A DNA stretch of 64,000 nucleotides from Candidatus Iainarchaeum sp. (GTDB taxonomy: Archaea; Iainarchaeota; Iainarchaeia; Iainarchaeales; JAXPJC01): assembly GCA_016187745.1 (NCBI GenBank), contig JACPJC010000006.1, forward strand, positions 104,005 to 168,004, given 5' to 3'. Positions 18,804 to 28,372 of the stretch are shown here, one piece after another; position 1 is the first letter of the stretch, and each line of letters begins with the position of its first letter. The notes under the pieces are model-generated. The model was given only the letters and a program-made list of their open reading frames with translations, had not been told where the DNA came from and made no database searches. A program made the position numbers and the translations under genes.

Positions 18804-18845
18804 ACAACCTGAATTTTAATATACTACTTGTTCTATAATAGAACT

Positions 18846-21800
18846 ATGCCCAGGACTGAAAAAGGACAGGCCGCGCTTGAGTATCTGATGACCTATTCCT
18901 GGGCGCTTGTTGCAATTGCAATAGTCATTGGAGTGCTTATTTTCATGGGAATTTTGAAGGCGCCTTCTGCTGGAACTTGCACAGGGCTTGAGAAGCTTGC
19001 ATATGAGGACCATACCATAGATTCCAACGGGAATTTCATTCTCTACTTAAAAAACGGGGCAGGAATGCAGATTGCCATCAACAGCATATCGCCGGGTGAA
19101 GATTTCAGCGGAAATTGCAGCGCAAGTTCCGCAATAATAAATGCAACAAAGGATTTCAATATTGTGTGTATCAATACAGGAATAAGCGCAGGCCAAACTT
19201 ATAATGGAAAAATAACAATTGAGTATATGCGCAGGAATGCAAAGCATACCGAAAGCGCGGCATGCTCAGGAACAGCGCCCTTGAGCGGGATATTTTTGGT
19301 TGCCCCTGCCCCGCAAATCATTGAGGGCTTTTTCAACGGTTCAGGGAACAATGTTGACCTGAACAACCCTGACGAGATGACGCTTGGGGGCGGAGGGGGT
19401 AGTTATGCATTTTTTGGCAGTTATACTTCGGATGTTTTTGATGCAAACTCAACAATGGACTGGACCGCAAGCATCTCATGGGATGAGAACGCTCCGGCAG
19501 GAACTGACATTAATTTACAAACAAGAACTTCTGACAATAATGTTGCATTTAGCGCATGGAGCGGCTATTACACAAATCCTTCAGGAGAAGCAATTACCTC
19601 CCCTAATGGGCGCTTCATACAATATAAAGCGAATTTGAGCACTACAAACCCGGCGCTTACGCCGAGATTATTGGAAGTGAGAATGCATGGGAACCCTCTT
19701 GCGCAGAGCTGCGGCAATCTGAAAAGGGAGGGAAGCGAACAATGCGATACAAATGACCTGGCAGGATCAAATTGTGTTTTATTGGGCTATTCTTCAGGCG
19801 CCCTTGCGTGCAAGGCAGACTGCACATTTGATACGAATGGATGCGTTGGCGCAACTACTACAATGCTTTGCCCTGGCAGCAAAACCTGGACTTCCCAATC
19901 AGATTGGCAGTCCGGGGCGCTTGCAAATATTGATGCTACTTCAAGCCCTGGCAGCATAAAGCTTTCGCAGCCATCAACCTCAGGAACATGGAACATTGTT
20001 GTTGATTCAAATGCCGCGCCAACAGACTGGAATGCGATAAGCTGGAGCGAGGACTTGAATTATGGGGGAGAGCTTGCAGGAGATGCTAACACAAAATTGC
20101 TTTTGCATTTGAATGAGGTCTCGGGTTTAACTGCTGCAGATGCAAGCGGGAATGGGAACAATGGAACACTAACAAACGGAGCAACATGGACTTCTTCAGG
20201 GAAGTTTGGGAATGCATTGGGCTTTGATGGAATAAATGACTACATTGATGTTTCCAATGAGTCTCTTTTTGATTTTGAAAGAACTTCTCCATTTACACTA
20301 AGTGCATGGGTTAAGTGGGCTTCAGGCACTACACAAACCTTATTATCCAAACAAACAAGTGCTGGCAACGCACCAGGATGGTTATTGATTGTTAATGCAA
20401 ATGGAACTCTGGCAATGTGGCTCGTAAATGATGCAGGTGCGGGTTGGAATCTAATACATGTCGATTCGGTGAGTTCTATAGGGCTGGGGACATGGAATCA
20501 TGTAGTAATGACTTATGATGGTTCGAGTACTGCGGCCGGAGTAAAGTTGTTTATAAATGGCAATCAAAGCGGGACAACAATAGTAACAAATACGCTTTCA
20601 GCTTCTATTCTCAACAATGTTGATGTGTGGATAGGAAATAGGCAATTTGCTGACATACCATTCAATGGTACAATTGATGAAGCTGCTATATGGAATAGAG
20701 CACTGGGTGCAGGTGAAATCCTTGAGCACTACAAGCGCGGCGCGCTGAATCTTCGATTTAGGACAAGAAGCGCACCAACGCAAGGCACCTTGAGTTCTGC
20801 TTCATGGGGTGGCTATTACACAGAATCCCCTTCAGCAATAGCTTCGCCGAACAACAAGTGGATTGAGGTTCAAGCATTGCTTGAAAATTCAGATGCAAAC
20901 TATACAAATTACACGCCAGTGCTGAATGATGTAAGCATCAGTTGTGCTGGCGCTCAAGGCAATCAGGCTCCTTTTGCAGGGCTTGGCGCTTCAGCATATT
21001 CGGCAAATGCTGGAAGCTATATTGCTTTTTATGGGAATACCTCCTATGACCCTGACGGGAATATTGTGAATTATGCGTGGAATTTCGGGGACGGGAATGC
21101 AGTTGCAAGCCCGGCAAACTATCCGCTGGGCGCAAAGACATTATTGCGTTTTGATGAGGGAATTGATTCGGCAGCAGGTGATGCGAGCGGAAACAACAAT
21201 GGTGGAACAATAAGCGGGGCTGCTTGGACCTCTTCAGGAAAGTTCGGGAATGCGCTCGCTTTTGACGGGGTTGATGATTATGTTAATTTGCCGCAAAAAA
21301 TTACAGATGCCGAAGGAACCATATCGGCATGGATTAAAACCGGCGGCGATGTTAGCAGCGCGCAAAGGATATATTCCCAATCCACAGGGGGCGCAAGCAG
21401 CAACAGGGTAGCAGTTACGATTTTGTCTGGGGCTTTCCGTTTTGACGCAGGATTTGCGCCAGGAGGAGTTCAGTTGGATATTGGCAATGTCCAGCCAAAT
21501 ACCTGGTATCATATAGTGTGGACAAGTGATGGCTCCACGATTAAAGGATATGTAAATGGGGCAAACCAGGCTTTAACTGTTACGGGGGGGAGCAACAGCG
21601 GCCAATGGTTCAGCGGCATAACCTCAAATTATGCCAGGATCGGCAATATGCGCTATGATGATATCTCAGGAAACATCCAATATTTCAACGGCACAATCGA
21701 TGAAGTTGCAATTTATAATCGCGCATTGGGCGCAGGCGAAATACTTGCCTTATACCAGGGCGGCCCTGCAGTAGTGTATCATAAGTACAATCTCGCAGGA

Positions 21801-24293
21801 GATTATAATGTTGTACTTACAGTAACTGATAATAATGGCGCAACTGATGCAAACACCGTGAGCGTAAGCATCACTTCAGGCCCGATAAGCTTCTGCCCGG
21901 GGACAAAAAGCTGGACAACGCAGGCTGATTTCAATTCAGGAAGCGATGTAAATGCTGACACTTATTCAGATCCCGGAAGCATAATTTTAACAAAAAGCGG
22001 GGAAATAGCGCCTGATGCAAACACAAAGCTGCTTATGCATTTTAATGCAAATCCGCAAACGCATTTGGGAACGGAAATGGATTCTTCAGGAAACGGAAAT
22101 AATGGAACGGTTTATACAAATGAGGGCGCAACAAACAAGGCAGTTGCAGGAAAATTCGGAAGCGCTTTGGGCTTTGATGGCATTGATGACCGCGTATCCG
22201 TCCCGGACAGCGATTACTGGAATCTGGGTTTATATTTCACTATTGGCATGTGGGTTAAATTCCAGAGCGGAACAATAGACAATGAGCATTATTTGCTGGG
22301 CTATAATTACGGGAGCAATAACAGGAATTTCTGGGTGGCATACCAGGGGCAGCTTTCGCCGGATCAGCTGCATTTTAATTTTGCCACTGACGGCTCAGGC
22401 GGCCACTTCGGGGGCATGAGCGTTGCATGGACGCCTAATGCAGGGCAGTGGTATAATATTGCAATTGTGAGAAATAGTGCTGATTTGAAGATGTTTATAG
22501 ATGGCATGCAGATCGGCTCCACTTACAATATCGGCGCAACGAGCATGTGGGCCGGCTCAACAGCAGGCATAGAAATCGGTTCGGGGCACAATTCCCGCCA
22601 TAGCGGCGAAATGGATGAAGTTGCAGTCTGGAACCGCGCGCTTTCTCCAAGCGAAGTCCTTGCGCTTTATCAGAGCGGCTCGGCATACCGCCCTTCAGGC
22701 ACATGGAACGGAGTATTTGATTCAAATTCAATTGCAAGCGGCTGGAACACAATAAATTGGGGCGAGGATTTGAATTACGGCGCTGAACTTGCAGGGGATT
22801 CCAATACAAAACTGCTTTTGCATCTGAATGAGGGTTCTGGAACAACTGCAAATGATTCAAGCGGCAATGGGAACAATGGGGCATTGTTTAACGGCCCTAT
22901 CTGGACTTCTTCAGGAAAGTTCAGGAATGCGCTGCAGTTTGATGGAACTGATGATTATGTGAAATTCTCGGCAGCAAATATGCCTACAGGGGAAAGAACA
23001 GTTGAATTGTGGTTCTATAACACAGACACAACAGCGGTGGGGGCAAGGCAGATATTCGGATATGGGGGGAACAGCAACAGCCCCGCATATTCTTCATTTT
23101 TGATTTACTCCTCCGCAGATAAGAAGGGAATTACTGCCCATATGCATTATCCCGGGGGCGGGATCCTGAATTATGCAGGAACTTCGCCGATGACCAATGC
23201 CTGGTATTACTTGGTGCTCACAACTGACGTGAGCGGAAGCAGGCTTTACATAAATGGAAGGCTGGTTGATTACAATGCAGTAACCCCTTCAACATATGTT
23301 TCGGGCAAAGATGGATTTGTGGGTGCAATGCCTTCAGGCAGCGGCACTGGAACCTATGTTGACCCGAATTATCCCTATTGGAAGGGGAATATAGATGAAG
23401 TTGCAGTTTACAACGCAGCGCTGGACGCAAATAAGATACTTGAGCATTACAGGAAGGGCGCCGCAAATATAAGATTGAGGACAAGAACTGCCGCATCGCA
23501 GCTGGCATTGAGCAGCGCGGAATGGAGCAATGAGAATGAGATTGATGCGAATTCTGACATCAATGGATTGTGGCACTTCAATGAAGGAAGCGGCAGCATT
23601 GCAAGCGACTCAAGCGGAAATGGGAATAACGGAACATTGATGAATGGAGTGGCATGGGCTTCTTCTGGAAAGTTTAAGAATGCGCTGCAGTTTGATGGGG
23701 TTAATGATTATGTTAACATAATTAAATCTGATGAGTTTCATTTAGGAGCGGGTAGTTTTGCTGTTACAGCATGGGTTAACTTTGCGGGGTTAGCCGGAAA
23801 TCAGAATATTCTTGCGTTTTATACCATTGCCAATCAGGCTTTGCAATTTGCTTGGAGTACAAACGTTTTAACTGTTTGGGGCGAAACAAGCACTGTTTTA
23901 AGCACATCAGGATTTTCCCCAACTCTTAACAGATGGTATCACGTTGCATTTGTAAGAAACGGGAATGCCTGGAATATTTATGTTGATGGCACGTCATATG
24001 CCAGTGCAACTGATGCGAGAACTTTAAATTATCCGAAGGATAATATTGGGATAGGCGTTCTGCCTACGTCCTTGCAATATTTCAACGGCAAGATAGATGA
24101 ACTTGCAATTTGGAACAGGGGATTAAGCGCAGGCGAAGTGCTCGGGCTTTACAAGAGAGGCAAATATTACACGGCAGGCCCGAGCGCAATAACAAGCGAT
24201 GCCAACAGGTTCATTGAGGTGCAGGCGCTCCTGGAAACTGAAAATTCCTCTTACACGCCGGTGCTGCAGGATTTGAACATAAGCTGCTCTTAG
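18846..24293 (+). CDS. Giant pilin-like surface protein: class III signal peptide, Cys-rich repeat, PKD domain, five LamG domains
   Basis: KG|QAALEYL plus hydrophobic helix; five 'FDGxxDxV...DExAxxNxAL' LamG units; WNFGDG...HKY...LTVTD PKD motif. Confidence 0.9.
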   Translation: MPRTEKGQAALEYLMTYSWALVAIAIVIGVLIFMGILKAPSAGTCTGLEKLAYEDHTIDSNGNFILYLKNGAGMQIAINSISPGEDFSGNCSASSAIINATKDFNIVCINTGISAGQTYNGKITIEYMRRNAKHTESAACSGTAPLSGIFLVAPAPQIIEGFFNGSGNNVDLNNPDEMTLGGGGGSYAFFGSYTSDVFDANSTMDWTASISWDENAPAGTDINLQTRTSDNNVAFSAWSGYYTNPSGEAITSPNGRFIQYKANLSTTNPALTPRLLEVRMHGNPLAQSCGNLKREGSEQCDTNDLAGSNCVLLGYSSGALACKADCTFDTNGCVGATTTMLCPGSKTWTSQSDWQSGALANIDATSSPGSIKLSQPSTSGTWNIVVDSNAAPTDWNAISWSEDLNYGGELAGDANTKLLLHLNEVSGLTAADASGNGNNGTLTNGATWTSSGKFGNALGFDGINDYIDVSNESLFDFERTSPFTLSAWVKWASGTTQTLLSKQTSAGNAPGWLLIVNANGTLAMWLVNDAGAGWNLIHVDSVSSIGLGTWNHVVMTYDGSSTAAGVKLFINGNQSGTTIVTNTLSASILNNVDVWIGNRQFADIPFNGTIDEAAIWNRALGAGEILEHYKRGALNLRFRTRSAPTQGTLSSASWGGYYTESPSAIASPNNKWIEVQALLENSDANYTNYTPVLNDVSISCAGAQGNQAPFAGLGASAYSANAGSYIAFYGNTSYDPDGNIVNYAWNFGDGNAVASPANYPLGAKTLLRFDEGIDSAAGDASGNNNGGTISGAAWTSSGKFGNALAFDGVDDYVNLPQKITDAEGTISAWIKTGGDVSSAQRIYSQSTGGASSNRVAVTILSGAFRFDAGFAPGGVQLDIGNVQPNTWYHIVWTSDGSTIKGYVNGANQALTVTGGSNSGQWFSGITSNYARIGNMRYDDISGNIQYFNGTIDEVAIYNRALGAGEILALYQGGPAVVYHKYNLAGDYNVVLTVTDNNGATDANTVSVSITSGPISFCPGTKSWTTQADFNSGSDVNADTYSDPGSIILTKSGEIAPDANTKLLMHFNANPQTHLGTEMDSSGNGNNGTVYTNEGATNKAVAGKFGSALGFDGIDDRVSVPDSDYWNLGLYFTIGMWVKFQSGTIDNEHYLLGYNYGSNNRNFWVAYQGQLSPDQLHFNFATDGSGGHFGGMSVAWTPNAGQWYNIAIVRNSADLKMFIDGMQIGSTYNIGATSMWAGSTAGIEIGSGHNSRHSGEMDEVAVWNRALSPSEVLALYQSGSAYRPSGTWNGVFDSNSIASGWNTINWGEDLNYGAELAGDSNTKLLLHLNEGSGTTANDSSGNGNNGALFNGPIWTSSGKFRNALQFDGTDDYVKFSAANMPTGERTVELWFYNTDTTAVGARQIFGYGGNSNSPAYSSFLIYSSADKKGITAHMHYPGGGILNYAGTSPMTNAWYYLVLTTDVSGSRLYINGRLVDYNAVTPSTYVSGKDGFVGAMPSGSGTGTYVDPNYPYWKGNIDEVAVYNAALDANKILEHYRKGAANIRLRTRTAASQLALSSAEWSNENEIDANSDINGLWHFNEGSGSIASDSSGNGNNGTLMNGVAWASSGKFKNALQFDGVNDYVNIIKSDEFHLGAGSFAVTAWVNFAGLAGNQNILAFYTIANQALQFAWSTNVLTVWGETSTVLSTSGFSPTLNRWYHVAFVRNGNAWNIYVDGTSYASATDARTLNYPKDNIGIGVLPTSLQYFNGKIDELAIWNRGLSAGEVLGLYKRGKYYTAGPSAITSDANRFIEVQALLETENSSYTPVLQDLNISCS

Positions 24294-25651
24294 GTTTTTT
24301 CTACGGCGCGTATTGCAATGGCCTTATTGCGCTTCCCATAGAAGTCAATATTCAAGTAGATTTCCTCCCCGGTTGAATGCCCCGGAACTGCAAACAGGGG
24401 CAAATAATTCGCATCAATTGTGTAGGAAGCGTTTGTGTCTGGCATTGTAAGAGTGTTGATGTTTGATTTTCCCGTTTGGTAAGTGTTTGAAGAAATGTGC
24501 TTTTGCCCAAATAATGTTTTAAGCGAAGTGTTAATTGCAGAGGTTTGCCCAGTGCCTGTGTTCAGGTCAATATTAAGGCTTGCGGAAGGCTCCTTCAATT
24601 CAATGCCGCTTATGCTTATTCCAAGCGCCGAGATTTCATTTATTATTTCCGCCTTGAGGCTTGCGAATGGCTGCGCCTCATTGAAATCTATTGCCGCATA
24701 TAAGTGATTTTCATCAACAGGCACGAAGAAGAAGTTTGTAATTCCTGCAATTGAGGAAAACGCAGAATTCAAATCGCCCTGCTTTGAGGCCGCGTTCGCA
24801 TCGGATATGTTGAGGCTTATTCTCTTCATGCCTGGGAAAATCTCAACATCCGCATTTTCAATCCCATCAATTGCAAGAAGTTCGGCCTCAAGGCCGTTTC
24901 CATCCGGGAGATATGAATAATTCACATCGCCGTAAATTACAATCCTTTTGTCAAGTTCAGAAAGCGCATAAATTCCTTCCAGGGAAAGCGGAACAGCCTC
25001 CGCTGTGAGATTCTTTGATTCAAATGCCAGTATGTCAATAAGCGCTTCCCCCGAGAGCGTGACGTTAAGAACTGCCTTCAGCGCATCGCCCTTTCTGCCT
25101 TCTACAGATAAATAGGCATTTGAAAACTGCCTTTCAAGACTGTGGGTTTTTGTTATATTGAGGTCCGCATTGCTCAATTCAATTTCATTCGGAAGCGCCA
25201 CAAGGCCAAGGGCCGCTGCCTCAATCGCATGGAGAGTTCCTTCAGCGGATTCTGAAATATTTTCTGCAATCTCCCCTGCGGAGTATTTGGAATTGTCATA
25301 TGTTGCTTCCGCAGAATAGGCAAGGGAGAATCCGCTTCCCTGCTCAGGATTGCCGTATTTTGACCAGTTTATCCCGGTTATGCCGTTCGCATCCCGCACT
25401 TTTGCATCAATCTTGTCAATGTCCACTTCATTTGTTTTTCCTGAGAATGCGATTGTGGGGAAGATTTCAACAATGTTCGCGTCAATTTCACCTGCTGATT
25501 TGTACTGCAGGGGGCTTGGGGGAGTTACTGGCGGAGGCTCATTCCCATTCTGCTGCCCCTGCACATAGAACTCCCACACAAATGCGATGGTGCTCGCAAT
25601 CATTATGAAAATTATGAAATAAGCGAAAAGCCTTGTTGCGTTCATTTTCAT
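24290..25651 (-). CDS. Hypothetical N-terminally membrane-anchored extracellular protein
   Basis: N-terminal TM, Pro-rich linker, acidic beta-rich body with many NxS/T sequons. Confidence 0.75.
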   Translation of the reverse strand: MKMNATRLFAYFIIFIMIASTIAFVWEFYVQGQQNGNEPPPVTPPSPLQYKSAGEIDANIVEIFPTIAFSGKTNEVDIDKIDAKVRDANGITGINWSKYGNPEQGSGFSLAYSAEATYDNSKYSAGEIAENISESAEGTLHAIEAAALGLVALPNEIELSNADLNITKTHSLERQFSNAYLSVEGRKGDALKAVLNVTLSGEALIDILAFESKNLTAEAVPLSLEGIYALSELDKRIVIYGDVNYSYLPDGNGLEAELLAIDGIENADVEIFPGMKRISLNISDANAASKQGDLNSAFSSIAGITNFFFVPVDENHLYAAIDFNEAQPFASLKAEIINEISALGISISGIELKEPSASLNIDLNTGTGQTSAINTSLKTLFGQKHISSNTYQTGKSNINTLTMPDTNASYTIDANYLPLFAVPGHSTGEEIYLNIDFYGKRNKAIAIRAVEKT

Positions 25652-25720
25652 CAATAGGAACTAATAATAATAAATTTTAAAATACCTCACAATTGGCAAA
25701 TCCTGCATTTTTTGTTTTGC

Positions 25721-26545
25721 TCATTTCTGAATTGCCTTGTTTGCTATAATAAGCAGGGCATTTGAAAGCTTGCTGAATTCTTCCTTTAATATCAGGTTCG
25801 TGCTGTCAAGCTTGCCTGAAACATTATCCATCTTATTTGAGAGATCTTCCTTTAATATTCTGTTTGTGTCATCCAGTTTGCCTGAAACGCTGTCCATCTT
25901 ATTTGAGAGATCTTCCTTTAATATTCTGTTTGTGTCATCCAGTTTGCCTGAAACATCATCCATCTTATTTGACAAATCTTCCCTTAATATGCGGTTTGTG
26001 CTGTCGAGCTTGCCTGAAACGCTGTCCATTTTCTTCGACAGGTCTTCCCTTAATATCTGGTTTGTGCCATCCAGCTTGCTTGAGACATTGTCCATCTTCT
26101 TTGCAAGCTTTCCTGAAAAACCGTCCATCTTATTTGACAGGCTGCCATATTTTACATCCAGCTTGCCGAAGTTCCCGTTTGTTTCTTTTCTGAAGCTATG
26201 CATCTCATCATACATTTTGTGCATATACAATGCCGCCTCATCAGCCCTCTCAGCCATTTCCCGGGTTGGCTTCCCCCTATTAATTGTAAATCTTTTAAAT
26301 GTGATTTTTGTTGCAATGCTCCTCTGTTTGATATTTTCTACATTAATTGGCCAGTTTCTGATTTTGATTTTATCAATAAATTTCTTGATTCTTGCTTTAT
26401 CCCCCTGGACAACTATTTTTACGCTTTCATCAGGAAGATTCTCCGCATAGCCTTTTATGCCCAGCTCAAAGGCAGCCTGGCTCACAATGTTCCTATAGCC
26501 GACTCTCTGGACATTGCCTGTTACAATCAATTCTAGAGCGCCCAT
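25721..26545 (-). CDS. Acylphosphatase-domain protein with 22-aa repeat helical tail
   Basis: GNVQRVGYR and GYAENLPD (catalytic Arg/Asn present), followed by ~180 aa of helical repeats. Confidence 0.85.
   Translation of the reverse strand: MGALELIVTGNVQRVGYRNIVSQAAFELGIKGYAENLPDESVKIVVQGDKARIKKFIDKIKIRNWPINVENIKQRSIATKITFKRFTINRGKPTREMAERADEAALYMHKMYDEMHSFRKETNGNFGKLDVKYGSLSNKMDGFSGKLAKKMDNVSSKLDGTNQILREDLSKKMDSVSGKLDSTNRILREDLSNKMDDVSGKLDDTNRILKEDLSNKMDSVSGKLDDTNRILKEDLSNKMDNVSGKLDSTNLILKEEFSKLSNALLIIANKAIQK
25775..26104 (-). repeat. Coding tandem repeat, 66-bp unit x5
   Basis: For example GAGAGATCTTCCTTTAATATTCTGTTTGTGTCATCCAGTTTGCCTGAAAC at 25839 and 25905. Encodes KMDxVSGKLDxTNxILxEDLSx; boundaries approximate. 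Confidence 0.9.
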
Positions 26546-26731
26546 GGCATTATTTAATAGCCCAAATCATTATTTAAACCTATCTGTTTTTTACGACATA
26601 AGACGAATATAGCAGGTGTGGTCCTGCATCCCCCGCTTCAACGGGACTGTTTTTAAATTCTTGTTATTTAAATTAATTAGTGGGAATCACTAATTAGCTT
26701 TTCCTGATTTTGATGAATTGATGGTGTTTCA

Positions 26732-27478
26732 ATGAAAAAAGGTTCAGTGGCAATAATAAGCTTTACGGGGAAGGATCTGGCTTCCGGAAAGGTATTTGAC
26801 ACAACAAGCGCAGAGGAGGCGAAGGCTTCCGGCGCATTTGATGCCAATGGAATTTACAGGCCGATTCCCATAATTGTAGGCGCGGGGGACGTAATAAAGG
26901 GGATTGATGATGCGCTTCTTGGAATGAATCCGGGAGAGCAGAAAACAATTACGCTACAGCCGAAGGACGCTTTCGGGGAGAGGAATCCCGAGCTTGTTGC
27001 GCTTGTTCCATTGCAGGAATTCAGGAACCGCAATATGAATCCCTATCCGGGCATGGTTGTGGAAGTGGATGGAAGGCAGGGAAGGGTGCAGAGCGCCTCC
27101 GGGGGAAGGGTAAGGGTTGATTTCAATCCCGAGCTTGCAGGGAGGGCGATAGAGTATAAGCTGAATGTGGAAAAGGAAATTGCGGAGAAGAAGGAGCAAT
27201 TGCAGGCGCTTTTCGGGAAGTATTTCGCGTTCCTTGATGCGAAAAGCGTGAAGATAGAGCTTAATGGCGCGAGCGCGCAGATAACAATCCCGGGAGCGCA
27301 GGTAAATGAAAGCACTATTGGAAAAATAGCAATAAACAAGATCCTCTTCACAAAGGCGGTCCTCGGGAGCCTTGAGGGCTTTTCGGAAATAAACTTCGTG
27401 GAACAATTCAACAATAAAAAAACTGCTGATGAACAAAAGCCGGCCAAGAGAGAGAAAACTGCTAAAACCCCTTCTTGA
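26732..27478 (+). CDS. FKBP-type peptidyl-prolyl isomerase (long archaeal SlyD-like)
   Basis: GKVFDTT, VIKGIDDAL, PKDAFGER, VDFNPELAG. Confidence 0.92.
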   Translation: MKKGSVAIISFTGKDLASGKVFDTTSAEEAKASGAFDANGIYRPIPIIVGAGDVIKGIDDALLGMNPGEQKTITLQPKDAFGERNPELVALVPLQEFRNRNMNPYPGMVVEVDGRQGRVQSASGGRVRVDFNPELAGRAIEYKLNVEKEIAEKKEQLQALFGKYFAFLDAKSVKIELNGASAQITIPGAQVNESTIGKIAINKILFTKAVLGSLEGFSEINFVEQFNNKKTADEQKPAKREKTAKTPS

Positions 27479-27491
27479 GTGGCATGCCCAA

Positions 27492-28214
27492 TCAGCCCAT
27501 TACTTTCATATCATAGAAATAGAATTTATTCCCTTCATACCTTACAAATCTTATCTCGGCACGCCCGATATAGCCGAGTTTAAGTCTGTTCAGGAGATAT
27601 TCAATCATTTTGTATGCCTTACGATTGCTAATTTTACTGTTGATAAATTGTGCATCTTTCCGGCTAAATTTGCCTTTTTCCAGAATGATTCTGTTTTTTA
27701 TTTTTGTATTTGCTAGAAAAATATCAAAAACATCTGTATCGCTTGGCATTGTTGTTTTATAAGCCTCTTCACGATAAACTACCTCGCCTGCACCCTGGCC
27801 CAATCTTGTTAAAATTATTCCCCCATGGCCTTTTATCGCCTTTCTCAGCCCGACCTTTTGCACTATAAAAGGGCCTGGGGGCTTTGAAATAAAACCCTGT
27901 ATTGATTCTGCAATATTAGCCATGTGTGCTTTGGTGAGGGGCTTCATGATGAATTCCTTTCGGTAACCTGAAGTTCTTACAATTATTCTCCTGGCGTCCG
28001 CAAACTCCCCAACATTAATTATGCTACTGGCCTTGTACAGTTTAGCCTGCTCAAAGGGAATCCCAAACGCATTGCATATCTTCTGGAGCTCCAATGTTCC
28101 GGGGATTTTTGAGAAGGCTGGAAATTTACCCGCAGGCAGGCCTGGCGGTTTTTCCTTCACTGCCGCCTGCTTCCTTCTGCGCCATAACATTTCTGTTGCC
28201 TTTCTAAACGGCAT
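27492..28214 (-). CDS. Hypothetical very basic protein, possibly a degenerate kinase-like fold
   Basis: Start ATG 28214 (MPFRKATEMLWRRRK), TATA-like ATATTTTAA ~22 nt upstream; FIMK and FYFYD motifs. Confidence 0.6.
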   Translation of the reverse strand: MPFRKATEMLWRRRKQAAVKEKPPGLPAGKFPAFSKIPGTLELQKICNAFGIPFEQAKLYKASSIINVGEFADARRIIVRTSGYRKEFIMKPLTKAHMANIAESIQGFISKPPGPFIVQKVGLRKAIKGHGGIILTRLGQGAGEVVYREEAYKTTMPSDTDVFDIFLANTKIKNRIILEKGKFSRKDAQFINSKISNRKAYKMIEYLLNRLKLGYIGRAEIRFVRYEGNKFYFYDMKVMG

Positions 28215-28372
28215 GAACAATATGCTGCTCATGTGGTTAAAATATCTGCCGAATTTGTGCTTGCAAACTATATGCGCAAAATGCCCAAAAAACAAGCTTT
28301 ATAAATATTTGTTATAAGGATTATTTCAGAAGATAGGCTTCTGGTTTTGATTTGTTTTATCGGGTGTATTGG

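Noticed and set aside
18846-24293. Diversity-generating retroelement target
   Set aside because: No reverse transcriptase in the window and no repeat pair differing only at adenines was seen.
25737-26450. 237-aa antisense ORF with repeats
   Set aside because: Shadow of the 66-bp coding repeat on the opposite strand.
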